DNA of 64,000 nucleotides from Candidatus Daviesbacteria bacterium. Lineage in GTDB: Bacteria > Patescibacteriota > Microgenomatia > Daviesbacterales > UBA10151. The stretch is taken from NCBI GenBank assembly GCA_016176465.1, contig JACOXD010000006.1, positions 7,878-71,877 of the forward strand, read 5' to 3'. Numbering within the stretch: position 1 is the first letter of the stretch; each line of letters opens with the position of its first letter. Below the pieces are notes generated by a model. The model made no database searches, was not told where the DNA came from, and saw only the letters and a list, made by a program, of their open reading frames with translations. The position numbers and the translations under genes were made by a program. Positions 31,004 to 41,296 of this stretch are shown here, one piece after another.

Positions 31004-31423
31004 ATGTTAATATTAGATCCTATGGAACGTGGACATTTACGTGTAGTCGGCGGCAATAAATCCTCTTTTATAGAGTCAGTAACTTTGCAAATTCCAGATA
31101 AGCATGATAGAAGATATACAACTGTGCTTCTTCGCGCCTCAAGAGATCGGCCTTTATTTAGCTTAGTTGCTCACAATCAAGAAGTGGGTATCGCTCCTCG
31201 GTCCAATATAATTGCAACGATTACTGAAGTATTAGCAGGAGGAGGAACCGCAGAAGTAAGTATAAAAGGTCAAAAAGATGGGGACTCTATAACTGTTATT
31301 TACTCTGGTCCTCATCAAGATAATCCAGGGAGTTTTTTGTTAGATAGTGAAACGTATAGATTTTCTGTAGATGTTGGATGGAAAAAAATAAGGAGTGCGT
31401 TGCTTATCCCTTCCCTAGAATAG
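31004..31423 (+). CDS. hypothetical protein
   Basis: 139-aa ORF; start may be 31022. Confidence 0.55.
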   Translation: MLILDPMERGHLRVVGGNKSSFIESVTLQIPDKHDRRYTTVLLRASRDRPLFSLVAHNQEVGIAPRSNIIATITEVLAGGGTAEVSIKGQKDGDSITVIYSGPHQDNPGSFLLDSETYRFSVDVGWKKIRSALLIPSLE

Positions 31424-31463
31424 AATCTTGCTCTTTTTAAAGCTTTACTTTTAAAATTAGTTA

Positions 31464-32942
31464 ATGCTCGCTATTTTTAAACCTTTTTTAATATTTTTAT
31501 TTTTCCCAATTTATCTACTTTTAGAAAATTTTATCTTTAGAAAAGATGAGCTTAAAAGGGGTTATAAAATTTTTACATCCCTACTTGCAGTTTTTATTTT
31601 ACTTCCAATTTGGATTGTAATTTATTTTAGCGCTGCTTTAATTATAGCTGGGCAACTGCATTTTTTTAAAGAGCCTGTAGCTATTGCTGGTAGCGGCTCA
31701 ATGTATCCCACTTTTCCCAAAGGAGTCGAAAAAGACCCTAAGGTTGCTGCAAAAGAGATTGTTGGAGAATACTTTGCACTACCTTATCCAACTGGGTTTA
31801 ACCTTTTTGGTAAATCTTTTTTTTCTTACCAAATTAGTCATGGGGATATTGTTATTTTTGAAAACGAAAAAGTCAAAGCTATAACTAATACAGTTTATGG
31901 CTCCCCTTCCGGTTTAATAAAAAGGGTAATTGCTCTTCCAGGAGACAGTATTGAAATAAGAGATGGGTTGGTAATACTAAACAACAAAACTTTGGAAGAA
32001 CCATACATCGCTAGAGCCAGATCTACATTTGGCGGTGAATTTTTACCTGAATGCAAAAAGTTAGTTATTCCACAGGACAAATTATTTGTGATGGGAGATA
32101 ATAGGACAGGAAGTTCTGACTCTAGGTATGATGTACAACTAATAGACTTTTCAGATATTACCCATGTAATCCCCTTTGATAACCAAAAAGGTAAGTTAGA
32201 TAAAAATTGGCGCGACAGCACAAATGATTTACTTGAAAGTTCCAAAATTCACCTTGATAAGTTTGTCTATTTGGAACTTTTAAATAAAAAAAGAGTGGAA
32301 AATGGACTAAAGCCACTTAAATACCAACCTAAACTAGAATTATCTGCCAAATTACGTGGAGAGATAATGCTAAGGTTTGATGATTTCTCATTTGAAGCCT
32401 CAAGGAGTGGCTATACAATGGAAAAAGCACTCCAAGATGTTTCATATTCCAATATCACTTGGGGAGAAATTCCCACTCAAGGGTATTTTGAGGCAGAGGA
32501 GTTAATTGAAGGATTATTTGAATTTCCTGAAGGTAAAAAGTTTTTACTAAACCCAGATGATGAGGAGTTTGGAATTGCGCAAGTGCCAGGAGAGTTAAAT
32601 GGCTGTCCCACTCAAGTAATAGTCCAACATTTTGCCGGGTATATACCCCCTAATTATTCCGCGAAGGATATAGAGTCCTGGAAATCTCTTCTTAAAAACT
32701 TGCAGGAGATTAAAGCAGGTTGGCAAAACTTAAAAGACTTGGAAAAGTTTTATCAGGAAGAAAAGATTGATGTTGATAGAATAAATGAAATCATTCAATT
32801 TAGGTTAAATAATGTACCCAGAATAATTTCCCGTATGGAAGCAAATGAATGGCTGACTAAAGAAGAGCTTGACTATATTAAACAGGATAAAAATCTTAGC
32901 GAGGAACAAAATCAAATAGCAGACAAATTAAATAAAAGGTAG
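31464..32942 (+). CDS. lepB: signal peptidase I fused to a CAP/SCP-like domain
   Basis: SGSMYPT, IKRVIALPGD, GDNR..S.DSR; then LNKKRVENGLKPL, WGE, VQHF. Confidence 0.85.
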   Translation: MLAIFKPFLIFLFFPIYLLLENFIFRKDELKRGYKIFTSLLAVFILLPIWIVIYFSAALIIAGQLHFFKEPVAIAGSGSMYPTFPKGVEKDPKVAAKEIVGEYFALPYPTGFNLFGKSFFSYQISHGDIVIFENEKVKAITNTVYGSPSGLIKRVIALPGDSIEIRDGLVILNNKTLEEPYIARARSTFGGEFLPECKKLVIPQDKLFVMGDNRTGSSDSRYDVQLIDFSDITHVIPFDNQKGKLDKNWRDSTNDLLESSKIHLDKFVYLELLNKKRVENGLKPLKYQPKLELSAKLRGEIMLRFDDFSFEASRSGYTMEKALQDVSYSNITWGEIPTQGYFEAEELIEGLFEFPEGKKFLLNPDDEEFGIAQVPGELNGCPTQVIVQHFAGYIPPNYSAKDIESWKSLLKNLQEIKAGWQNLKDLEKFYQEEKIDVDRINEIIQFRLNNVPRIISRMEANEWLTKEELDYIKQDKNLSEEQNQIADKLNKR

Positions 32943-32954
32943 TACACTAAAAAT

Positions 32955-33500
32955 ATGTCTGCCCTATTACGTAGTAACATATTAAAAAGTAAAAGAGGCT
33001 TCACATTAGTTGAATTAATAGTGACAATTACCATTATTGCTGTTTTATCGGCTGTTGCTCTAACTACCTACTCCAGTGCCCAAACTAAAGCCAGGGACCA
33101 TAGAAGAAAACAAGACATAAAATCAATCCAAACCGCTTTGGAGCTTTATTATTCAGTGAATAAAAAATATCCAAGTTCAACAGGTTGGTACTTATCTGAT
33201 AATACCTCTACCTGGTTGCCAGGACTTGATACAACTTACATCAATCAAGTTCCAAATGATCCCAAGAAAAACGGCCAAAATCCCGTTTTAACAAGCGGTG
33301 CACTAGGATACGCTTTTAGATCAGGTCCGATTAACGGAGGCTCGTGTAGTGGAATTTCTGGTACAGACCAATATTATATTTTAGCGACGGGTCTGGAGGA
33401 TAAAAATGATGGAGAAAGGAATGCTATTAAACAATATAAAGACTGCAACAATGACACCCCAACTAATCCGGATGCCTATGTAGTCTTTAGCAACCAGTAA
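32955..33500 (+). CDS. type IV pilin/pseudopilin
   Basis: prepilin site KRG|FTLVEL, KARD..R..D. Confidence 0.92.
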   Translation: MSALLRSNILKSKRGFTLVELIVTITIIAVLSAVALTTYSSAQTKARDHRRKQDIKSIQTALELYYSVNKKYPSSTGWYLSDNTSTWLPGLDTTYINQVPNDPKKNGQNPVLTSGALGYAFRSGPINGGSCSGISGTDQYYILATGLEDKNDGERNAIKQYKDCNNDTPTNPDAYVVFSNQ

Positions 33501-33523
33501 AAGAGTTCATAGTTGGTAGTTAT

Positions 33524-34831
33524 ATGTCTGATAATTTACCTAAAGCGATCCACGACCACAATACTCTAAAGTTTCCCGAAGGCTTTCTCTGGGGTAGCGC
33601 CACATCCGCTCACCAGGTAGAAGGAGCCAATATTAATAATGATTGGTGGCAGTGGGAAGCGCAAAGGCCTCTTAGTTTTCGATCGGGTTTAGCCAGCGAC
33701 CAATATAACCGCTACGAGGGTGATTTTGAATTAGTTAAAAATCTAGGACACAATGCTCATCGCCTAGGAGTTGAATGGTCCAGAATTGAACCCGCTGATG
33801 GAGAGTTTGATACAAGCGAAATTAGACACTACCAACAAGTTCTTAACTCTTTAAAGGATAAAAAAATAAAAATTATGCTAACACTTTGGCACTTTACCTT
33901 ACCTTTATGGGTGGCTAAAAAAGGAGGGTGGGAAAATCCAAAGATAAGTTTTTATTTTGAAAGGTTTGTTAAAAGATTAGTACCAGAGATAAAAGATTTT
34001 GTAGATTTTTGGATTACATTAAATGAACCAACTGTTTATCTTTACAATCTATATATTGACCCAAAATGGCCCGGGGGTAAAAAAACCTGGCTACTTAGGA
34101 ATATAAAAACTTTTTTTAATTTTACCTCCGCACATAAAAAAACATACAGGGTTTTAAAACTACTTGATCCTAATAAACCCGTGGGGATAGCTAATAATAT
34201 ACAATCGTTTGAACCTTTCCATAAACATTCTATCCCAGAGCAATTAGCTGTTGTTTTTAGCGATATTGTTACTAATCATATGTTTTATTTTTTTACCAAA
34301 GGAACACACGATTTCTTAGGGGTAAATTATTACTTTCACTATCGCTTGGATCATTTTCCAACCATTAGCAGGCCAAAGAAGCTATTTTCCGCACTTGTTG
34401 GAGATAAGCAAAAATTCCGAGATGTTTCTGATTTAGGTTGGGAGATTTACCCTGAGGGAATTTTTGACATACTTATAGATTTAAAAAATCACCTACCAGT
34501 TTATATAACTGAGTGTGGTATTGCTTCAACTAATGATGATAGAAGAACTAGGTTTTTAATTCATTATTTACAAGAAATTTTTAGAGCTATTAAATCAGGG
34601 GTGAATGTCAAAGGATTTTTTTATTGGTCGCTTCTTGATAACTTTGAGTGGCATCTGGGATTTAATCCCAGATTTGGATTAGTAGAGATAGATTATGGCA
34701 ACAATCAAAAAAGAACAGTTAGACCCTCAGCCTATGTTTATAAAGAGATAGCAGAAACTAATGGCATACCCCATAAACTTCTAAAATTATTAGGTCATGG
34801 GATGAGAGTTGAGGAATTAATAAAAGTATGA
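33524..34831 (+). CDS. glycoside hydrolase family 1
   Basis: WGSATSAHQVEG, TLNEP, ITECG, WSLLDNFEW. Confidence 0.96.
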   Translation: MSDNLPKAIHDHNTLKFPEGFLWGSATSAHQVEGANINNDWWQWEAQRPLSFRSGLASDQYNRYEGDFELVKNLGHNAHRLGVEWSRIEPADGEFDTSEIRHYQQVLNSLKDKKIKIMLTLWHFTLPLWVAKKGGWENPKISFYFERFVKRLVPEIKDFVDFWITLNEPTVYLYNLYIDPKWPGGKKTWLLRNIKTFFNFTSAHKKTYRVLKLLDPNKPVGIANNIQSFEPFHKHSIPEQLAVVFSDIVTNHMFYFFTKGTHDFLGVNYYFHYRLDHFPTISRPKKLFSALVGDKQKFRDVSDLGWEIYPEGIFDILIDLKNHLPVYITECGIASTNDDRRTRFLIHYLQEIFRAIKSGVNVKGFFYWSLLDNFEWHLGFNPRFGLVEIDYGNNQKRTVRPSAYVYKEIAETNGIPHKLLKLLGHGMRVEELIKV

Positions 34832-35724
34832 CACATATTCCCATTACTCTTCTTGCCTATCTCTTAAACGGTCTCGCCGTGATTGGGGGTAAATTTTTAA
34901 TTTCTACCACTCTTCCTCGCCCACTGACCTATGTTTTTTACTTCAGCGCCTTCTCTTTAGTAGCCTTAATCCTTCTTCCTTTTACTTTAGTCCCCAGTTT
35001 GGAGGCTTTTGTTTTAGCTTCAACTTCTACTCTTCTTTGGACCTCTGGGGCTTATTTTATGTTTCAAGCGTTAAAATTGGGCCAAGCTTCCAGGGTAGTT
35101 CCTATTATTGGGGTATTAATTCCTACTTTCTTGCTATTTGATGCAACAATTTCACTTAGCATTCTACCAAATGAAATTTATGCTGTAGTTTTATTTATCT
35201 TAGGGTTATTTTTTTTGACTTTATCAAACTTAAAAGGAGACTTTCAAAAAAATGAGCTTATTTTTGAAGTTTTAAGCGCTTTCTTTTTTGCTATTTCTTA
35301 TTTAGTATTAAGAGAGGCCTATCTTCGCGCAGATTACTTATCTGTGCTTGTTTACTCACGATTTATCTTAATTCCGGTTGCAATTGTCATTTTATTAATT
35401 CCATCCTGGCGCCGGGTTATCCTTTTTTCCTCTGGAGCCATCTCACTTGTAAAAATCCGCTCTAAAATTGGTATCCTTTTTCTACTAACTCAAGCAGCTG
35501 GTGGAGCATCCGAGCTGCTTTTGACCTTTGCCATATCTTTAGCAAACCCTGCATTAGTAAACTCATTACAAGGAGCTCAGTACATATTTATTTTTGTTAT
35601 TAGCTTAGTTCTGGGAAGGTTTTACCCATCAATTTTTAAAGAAAGCTACAGCTTTGCAAGTCTATCAGGTAAAATTTTTGGCATAATTCTAGTAGGTGCG
35701 GGATTATATATATTAGCATTTTAG
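34828..35724 (+). CDS. EamA/DMT-like membrane protein
   Basis: ~10 TM helices, ALKLGQASRVVP. Confidence 0.75.
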   Translation: MTHIPITLLAYLLNGLAVIGGKFLISTTLPRPLTYVFYFSAFSLVALILLPFTLVPSLEAFVLASTSTLLWTSGAYFMFQALKLGQASRVVPIIGVLIPTFLLFDATISLSILPNEIYAVVLFILGLFFLTLSNLKGDFQKNELIFEVLSAFFFAISYLVLREAYLRADYLSVLVYSRFILIPVAIVILLIPSWRRVILFSSGAISLVKIRSKIGILFLLTQAAGGASELLLTFAISLANPALVNSLQGAQYIFIFVISLVLGRFYPSIFKESYSFASLSGKIFGIILVGAGLYILAF

Positions 35725-35729
35725 TAAGC

Positions 35730-35912
35730 GTCATCCCCTCGGGTCTGAGCTCCCCGAGTCTGAGCCTCGGAGTCGAAGACCTGAAGCGCATTAGTAATTG
35801 TCATCCTGAAGCGCGGGCCCCTTTAGGGAGGAAGGATCTCAGGATCTAGATTCTTCGCCTTCGGCTCAGAATGACAAAAAAATATCAGAATGACACAATA
35901 AGTCAGAACGAC
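35730..35912. repeat. compound GTCAT...ATGAC cluster with nested second element
   Basis: GTCATC[nested GTCTGAGC..GTCGAAGAC]CTGAAGCG; full unit 35800-35875; two extra right ends. Confidence 0.9.
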
Positions 35913-35923
35913 ACAATAAATAT

Positions 35924-36943
35924 ATGTCTAAATTACTGCTCACTTTTGTTTGTTTGTTGTTTTTAATTATTCTATCTGTCTTTTTTTACTCTTATTCTTT
36001 GGAGAAATCTGCTTTAGAAAAAAATCCCAAACTGGGAGTTACCTTTTCAGATAAATATGCCAGGTATTTAGGCTTAAATCCAATTGAAGTGCTAGAGGCA
36101 AGCATTAAAGAGTTGAAGGTTAAAAATATAAGAGTTCCACTTTACTGGGATCAAATAGAAAAAGCTGTGGGTGAATATGAATTTAGTGATGTAGATAAAT
36201 ATGTTAATTTAATATCCAAAAATGGTGGGAAAATTATTTTAGTAATCGGTAATAAAGTTCCCCGCTGGCCAGAATGCCATACACCCACTTATTTAAAAAA
36301 TCTCAGCAAAGAAAGAAAGCAAGAAAGGCTTTTAAAATATTTAGAAATTGTGGTTAAACGCTATGATAAGAATCCCTCTATCGTTGCTTGGCAGATAGAA
36401 AATGAGCCATTTTTAAATTTTGGGATTTGTCCTAAGCTAGATAAGCAAAGCTTTCCTACGGATAGGGAATTTTTAGAAAAAGAAATTAGTTTGGTTAGGA
36501 GCTTAACTCAAAAACCCACTATTGTAACTGATTCCGGAGAACTAACTACTTGGAAAAATAGCCTTAAATTATCTGATATTTTGGGTATCTCTGTTTATAG
36601 GGTGGTTCATGATCCATTCTTTAGTTACGTAAATTACCCATTTTCTCCATCATTTTATTCCTTAAAAGACAAACTACTTCGTTTTCTTTTTCCTTCAAAC
36701 AACAAAGAAACAATCATTGTAGAATTGCAAGCAGAGGGCTGGTTCACTAAAGGTATTAGAGAAACCAAAGTTCAAGAACAAATTAAGGCATTCCCAGTAA
36801 AAAATATAGAGAAAAATTTGCAGTTTGCTAAAAAAACAGGATTCGCTGAAGTTTATTTTTGGGGGCTTGAGTGGTGGTATTACTTAAAGCTAAAGGGACA
36901 TAGTGAGTACTGGGAGAAAGCTAAAGAAATCTTTAATAATTAA
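35924..36943 (+). CDS. clan GH-A glycoside hydrolase (GH5/GH42-like), membrane anchored
   Basis: IRVPLYWDQIE, WQIENEP, VELQAE. Confidence 0.8.
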   Translation: MSKLLLTFVCLLFLIILSVFFYSYSLEKSALEKNPKLGVTFSDKYARYLGLNPIEVLEASIKELKVKNIRVPLYWDQIEKAVGEYEFSDVDKYVNLISKNGGKIILVIGNKVPRWPECHTPTYLKNLSKERKQERLLKYLEIVVKRYDKNPSIVAWQIENEPFLNFGICPKLDKQSFPTDREFLEKEISLVRSLTQKPTIVTDSGELTTWKNSLKLSDILGISVYRVVHDPFFSYVNYPFSPSFYSLKDKLLRFLFPSNNKETIIVELQAEGWFTKGIRETKVQEQIKAFPVKNIEKNLQFAKKTGFAEVYFWGLEWWYYLKLKGHSEYWEKAKEIFNN

Positions 36944-36997
36944 TTTGACAATATAGTTTTATAAAGTATATGCTCAAATGAGAGAGAATTTCTGCTC

Positions 36998-38884
36998 ATG
37001 GGTAAAGCTAAACTGTTTTTAATTCTAACTTTTTTTCTATTATTTTTTCTCCTAACACCCAAGGTTTATGGACAAGGAGGTTCAGGTGGAGTTATTAAAC
37101 AAGAGGATACTCCATGTCCCAATACACCAGTAATCGGGGATGCATGTGAATGGGTTGACGACAATATAATCACACCTGTTAATCAATGGGGTTGTGATAA
37201 TTTTGGGAAATGCAGTGACGAAGGACGAGACCCTATCACCCCAACTCCAGAAGAACCAAACCCCACTAATCAATCAGCTACATCAGAGGGCGATGATCCC
37301 CCTCCTAATTGCGGAATCGTACAATTTGTATGTAATGCGGTAGAACCAATAGTTGATGCAGGCGAGTCAGCAGTTGAAGCTGGAGGGGGTGTTGTTGAAA
37401 CAGTTAAAACTGCTGTTGGTGACGCAGTTACCAGTGTTACATGCGGAGTAGCTGGAGTTTGGTGTGGAGACGACAACTCCTCATCCGCTCAAGGAAGTGA
37501 TCAAGAAACTAGTACTAATGATGAAGATGGTAATAGTAATCTTCCAGTTCCTGCTGATAGGGGTAACAGGAATGATGAAGATAATGACCGTATTCCGGAT
37601 GATGAAGATGTTTGTCCTTACAGAGCAGGGCCTAGAAGAAATGTAAATAATGGGTGTCCTATTAGTACAACTGGGCAAGGCCAAGAAGACCAAGGACAGA
37701 GTGCTACCTCTGATTGTAATACACTTGGATGTCCGCAAGGCAAACAATGTCTTCCACTTAGCATTGTAGGAGGTGATCCAAACACTTTTAGATGTATACT
37801 TAAAGCAGCTTTAAATGATTGTAGGACTAAGGGTTGTCCAGATCCAGTAAATCAAGTATGTACTCAAATAGGAACTAGTGGAGCTTGGGGTTGCCCAGGG
37901 ATTAACACGCCTGGAGCTGGAGTCAAAAATGAAACTCCTTATAATCCAGCTAATGATCGAGATGGTGATGGAATACCAAATATTAATGGGGAGGATGTTT
38001 GTCCAGATTCCAGGGGACCTAGAAGGGCTGTTAGAAACGGCTGTCCAGCTGGGCCTGATCCTGACTTTGAAGAAGCAGATTGTAATGGTAGGTGTGGAAT
38101 CAATGATATGGTAAACTTTCCGCGCTGTCTCTATGTCGCCGCAGGATTATATGCGTGTTATGCTAATGACCCATCAGCTGAGGTTCCCTCACGGACAAGA
38201 GAAGTAGAAAATCAAGCAACTATAGCAACCAATGGGGAGTATCGACCTGGTCAATCCACGCAGTTCACCCCTCCCTCTAATCCTAATTTATCTGATGTAC
38301 CTTGTATATACACAGATCTAAAAGGAGGAGAAAATAAGTGTTATATAGGAAAATGTAGAAAAGATCACTTGGAAGATTGTACTTTTAATAATTGGTGTGA
38401 ATACTCACCTGATATTCATAGACAAATAGATTGTCCAAGCAGACCCCAGGTATGTATTTATCCTCAGAAAGAAACAACTGGGGATGCTTGTTATTATGGA
38501 ATCTGTGAAGGTGATAATTGTAAGCAGGGACAAGTATCAGACCAATGTGCGTATATGGGAGGGTTGGGACAAAAATTAAATAGCTGCCCAACTGGCTCTA
38601 CTACTTCTGCCTCTAGTCAAGGATCAGGAGGTAGTAAAGGGTTAAGAGAGATCTGGATATATGAACAGCCTTTTTCAAATGATATTCCTGTTAAGAAACT
38701 CCTCCCTTCAGATTGTAATTTTATTTCAGGCAATCTATTATGTAACTACAAATTCAGGGATAATATAAAAGAACCAAAAACTATTTATGTTAGATTTATA
38801 TCTAATGAAAAAGATCTCAATACTCCAGATCCAGATGACTATAAATTTAAAGATGCAGAGCCATTAAGAATTGATAGGAACTAG
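36998..38884 (+). CDS. secreted Cys-rich protein with TSP3-like and 6-Cys repeats
   Basis: signal peptide; DEDNDRIPDDEDVCP, DRDGDGIP...DVCP; two CIY modules. Confidence 0.85.
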   Translation: MGKAKLFLILTFFLLFFLLTPKVYGQGGSGGVIKQEDTPCPNTPVIGDACEWVDDNIITPVNQWGCDNFGKCSDEGRDPITPTPEEPNPTNQSATSEGDDPPPNCGIVQFVCNAVEPIVDAGESAVEAGGGVVETVKTAVGDAVTSVTCGVAGVWCGDDNSSSAQGSDQETSTNDEDGNSNLPVPADRGNRNDEDNDRIPDDEDVCPYRAGPRRNVNNGCPISTTGQGQEDQGQSATSDCNTLGCPQGKQCLPLSIVGGDPNTFRCILKAALNDCRTKGCPDPVNQVCTQIGTSGAWGCPGINTPGAGVKNETPYNPANDRDGDGIPNINGEDVCPDSRGPRRAVRNGCPAGPDPDFEEADCNGRCGINDMVNFPRCLYVAAGLYACYANDPSAEVPSRTREVENQATIATNGEYRPGQSTQFTPPSNPNLSDVPCIYTDLKGGENKCYIGKCRKDHLEDCTFNNWCEYSPDIHRQIDCPSRPQVCIYPQKETTGDACYYGICEGDNCKQGQVSDQCAYMGGLGQKLNSCPTGSTTSASSQGSGGSKGLREIWIYEQPFSNDIPVKKLLPSDCNFISGNLLCNYKFRDNIKEPKTIYVRFISNEKDLNTPDPDDYKFKDAEPLRIDRN

Positions 38885-38916
38885 ACTATTTTAAAAAAAT
38901 AAGATAATCTAAATTT

Positions 38917-40110
38917 ATGACCCTTTTAGAAAAAATCAGAAATTCTCAAATAGGACAGTTACTAGATAGAAAAAATTTTAAAAACTTAGTTATTGTTGTA
39001 ATTTTACTCCTGCTTTTACCTATTGCCTTATTTTTAATCTCTCAGCAAGCCAAGTATAAATCACAAGCAGCAACAGCAGGAGTGCAAGTTGCAAGAGATA
39101 ATCGAATACAAAAAGATAGTAATCCTCCAGTGGCTTTAGGTGATGAGATTGGTCTAATTTTAACTTCTCCTTTTGATGTGCCTGGAGGCAATCAAGCAGG
39201 TGGACAACCAGTAAGTTCACAGACCCAATCAGGATTGGATGCAGCTAAAATAGCTAGGTGTGAAGCAATCCCTCATTGTAGTGGTGCCAACTGTACTTTT
39301 GAGGTTAAGTTTTATAAAAACGGTCAAAAACAATCTTCTGGCTACGAAATAGCTTGGGAAGCTAATGCAGGGGATGCAAGATTTACCAAACAAGATCCTT
39401 CTAAGCCTGCTGGAAGCTGTAACAAAGACCATCCTGAAAATTGTATTCCTGAAAGTGGGGATCCAAAAGCAATTTCTGGCTGGTTATCTTTAACAACTCC
39501 TAATGATAAAGGTGATGTTGCTACTGATTCCAAGGTATCTATTGACTATGGTAATGCTGCTGAGGGGCCTTATACAGCTAAATTTAATATAAGAACCAAT
39601 GATGACCCAGGTTTATTTGCCTCTTGCCAAGTAAGGGTTTTGAGCCCAGGAGGTATAGCTTCAGGAACAGGAGCTGATATTGGTTATAACTGCTCCAGAG
39701 CCTGCAATGGACAAATTAGGGTTCATGTATTTGAAGATCTAAATGGGAATAAGAAGTTAGACAATGACCCCTCTATAGATGATGTATTAAATGGGGCAAA
39801 AGTAAAAATTGTCAGCACAGATGATTCTAGGGACCACGTAGAGATTACCAGGATTACCCAAGATAGAGGAAGAGCTTACTTTGACTGTATTCCAGCCAAA
39901 CAAGTTTCACTAAAACCAAATTGTATACCAAATGATAAAGACGACTGTACTACAAATGATGGTATAAAATATAGTGTAACTTTGCAATCAGTTCCTTCAG
40001 GCCACTCACTTCCTTCTGTAAATGTAAGCACCTCTCCTAACTTAGATTCCTGCAATGATACAGATGATGTTAACTTCCCTTTACCACCCAGCTTCGGGGC
40101 CAACCGTTAA
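38917..40110 (+). CDS. membrane-anchored Cys-rich surface protein, SdrD-B-like C-terminus
   Basis: N-terminal TM; VFEDLNGNKKLD. Confidence 0.8.
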   Translation: MTLLEKIRNSQIGQLLDRKNFKNLVIVVILLLLLPIALFLISQQAKYKSQAATAGVQVARDNRIQKDSNPPVALGDEIGLILTSPFDVPGGNQAGGQPVSSQTQSGLDAAKIARCEAIPHCSGANCTFEVKFYKNGQKQSSGYEIAWEANAGDARFTKQDPSKPAGSCNKDHPENCIPESGDPKAISGWLSLTTPNDKGDVATDSKVSIDYGNAAEGPYTAKFNIRTNDDPGLFASCQVRVLSPGGIASGTGADIGYNCSRACNGQIRVHVFEDLNGNKKLDNDPSIDDVLNGAKVKIVSTDDSRDHVEITRITQDRGRAYFDCIPAKQVSLKPNCIPNDKDDCTTNDGIKYSVTLQSVPSGHSLPSVNVSTSPNLDSCNDTDDVNFPLPPSFGANR

Positions 40111-40183
40111 GATTGACTAAACCCCTAACTACCTATTAAGTAAGATATTGAGATAGTGTGCCTTTTTTGTTAATGTAAAGCAT

Positions 40184-40453
40184 ATGTTAACTGTTGATGA
40201 TATTAAAAAATTAGCTGAGGTTTTTGTTACTAAAGAAGAGTTAAAGCAGGAAGTTGAAAAACTTTTAACTAGGGATGAATTTAATGAGAAATATGACAAG
40301 ATTATGAACATGCTTGATAAAGTTTATGGTGAAGTAAAGACTATGCGAGAGGAACAAGCAGCTCACACTCAGAGACACGAGGACGTTGAAAATCGCCTAA
40401 TCAAAATAGAGACAATCCCCTCTGTTGCTCATGAACTTAAAAAGAAACTCTAA
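40184..40453 (+). CDS. small coiled-coil protein
   Basis: MLTVDD, VTKEEL, heptads. Confidence 0.75.
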   Translation: MLTVDDIKKLAEVFVTKEELKQEVEKLLTRDEFNEKYDKIMNMLDKVYGEVKTMREEQAAHTQRHEDVENRLIKIETIPSVAHELKKKL

Positions 40454-40467
40454 AAAGTTTAGATAGA

Positions 40468-40583
40468 ATTGACTAATTCCCTCTTAAGTCTTATTCTAAA
40501 GATGGACTAAAGATCTGCCACAAATGCTAATAAAGAAGATTTTGAACTCCTAAGGTCAGGAAACCCTAATATTTCCAAGGATT
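40468..40583 (+). repeat. direct repeat copy 1 (promoter plus frameshifted 5' end of gene 41404)
   Basis: ~20 differences in ~117 nt versus 41348-41464 (manual alignment). Confidence 0.9.
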
Positions 40584-40610
40584 GCATAAGTAGGTGGTAT
40601 TATTTTAATA

Positions 40611-41195
40611 ATGGTCATCTTCATTGATGAATCTGGTACTCATAAACAATCTGATCATGCAACTATTGCTTTAGTTTATGTAGAAATAACAGATTTGGAA
40701 ATCTTTGAGCAAGCTGTTGAAGGGATTGAAAAAGGGCTTGGTATTAAGTACTTCCACTGGACTGATGAAAAATGGCAAAAGAGAGAAAAATTTATTGAGC
40801 AACTTTTAAAGTTAGATTTTACTTTCAAGGTAGCCATTTTGGAAAATCCTGTTAAACTTTCCAAGGATCTAGAAGAAATATTAAAACACCTTGTGGTTGA
40901 AGAAAATATCAGGAAAATTATTCTTGATGGCAGAAAACCTAAGTGGTACAACCAACGGCTTAAAAAATTACTTAGAGATAAAGGAGTATCAGTAAAAAAG
41001 ATTGTAACAATCAGAAAAGATGAATCTAGCCCTGGAATAAGAGTAGCTGATTGTTTAGCAGGACTTGTCAGAACTTCCTTTGATAATCCAGACTCTTTAG
41101 CTTCCAAGCTATATAACAAATTGAAAAAAGCAAACAAGGTTAGATTTGAATTAACTGGTTACTCGCATAAGCAGAGCTTGCGACCTTCGGTCTAA
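40611..41195 (+). CDS. DUF3800 family protein (RNase H-like fold predicted)
   Basis: IFIDESG, IILDG, GIRVADCLAG. Confidence 0.85.
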   Translation: MVIFIDESGTHKQSDHATIALVYVEITDLEIFEQAVEGIEKGLGIKYFHWTDEKWQKREKFIEQLLKLDFTFKVAILENPVKLSKDLEEILKHLVVEENIRKIILDGRKPKWYNQRLKKLLRDKGVSVKKIVTIRKDESSPGIRVADCLAGLVRTSFDNPDSLASKLYNKLKKANKVRFELTGYSHKQSLRPSV

Positions 41196-41296
41196 AAAAA
41201 GCCCCGCTTAAAGCGAGGCCAGTTGTACAAGTAGTTCCAAATTGCTTGAAACTCGGCGGCTCACCGTCCTTTGTCCCTGCCAACTTGTTGTAGCTG
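41194..41296. ncRNA. DUF3800-associated structured RNA (strand uncertain)
   Basis: A-run plus GCCCCGC/GCGAGGC hairpin, ACAAGT/ACTTGT closing stem, inner hairpins; minus-strand promoter TTTACA-18-TAACAT. Confidence 0.65.

Noticed and set aside
35730-35912. CRISPR or other regular spacer array
   Set aside because: Units are inverted and nested with irregular spacing; no cas or comparable effector gene is nearby.
40170-40185. TTAATGTAAAGCATAT resembling 41318-41334
   Set aside because: Short and AT-rich; chance similarity cannot be excluded.
40676-41137. 153-aa antisense ORF and similar short ORFs inside long genes
   Set aside because: Shadows of well-supported opposite-strand or other-frame genes, with no motifs.
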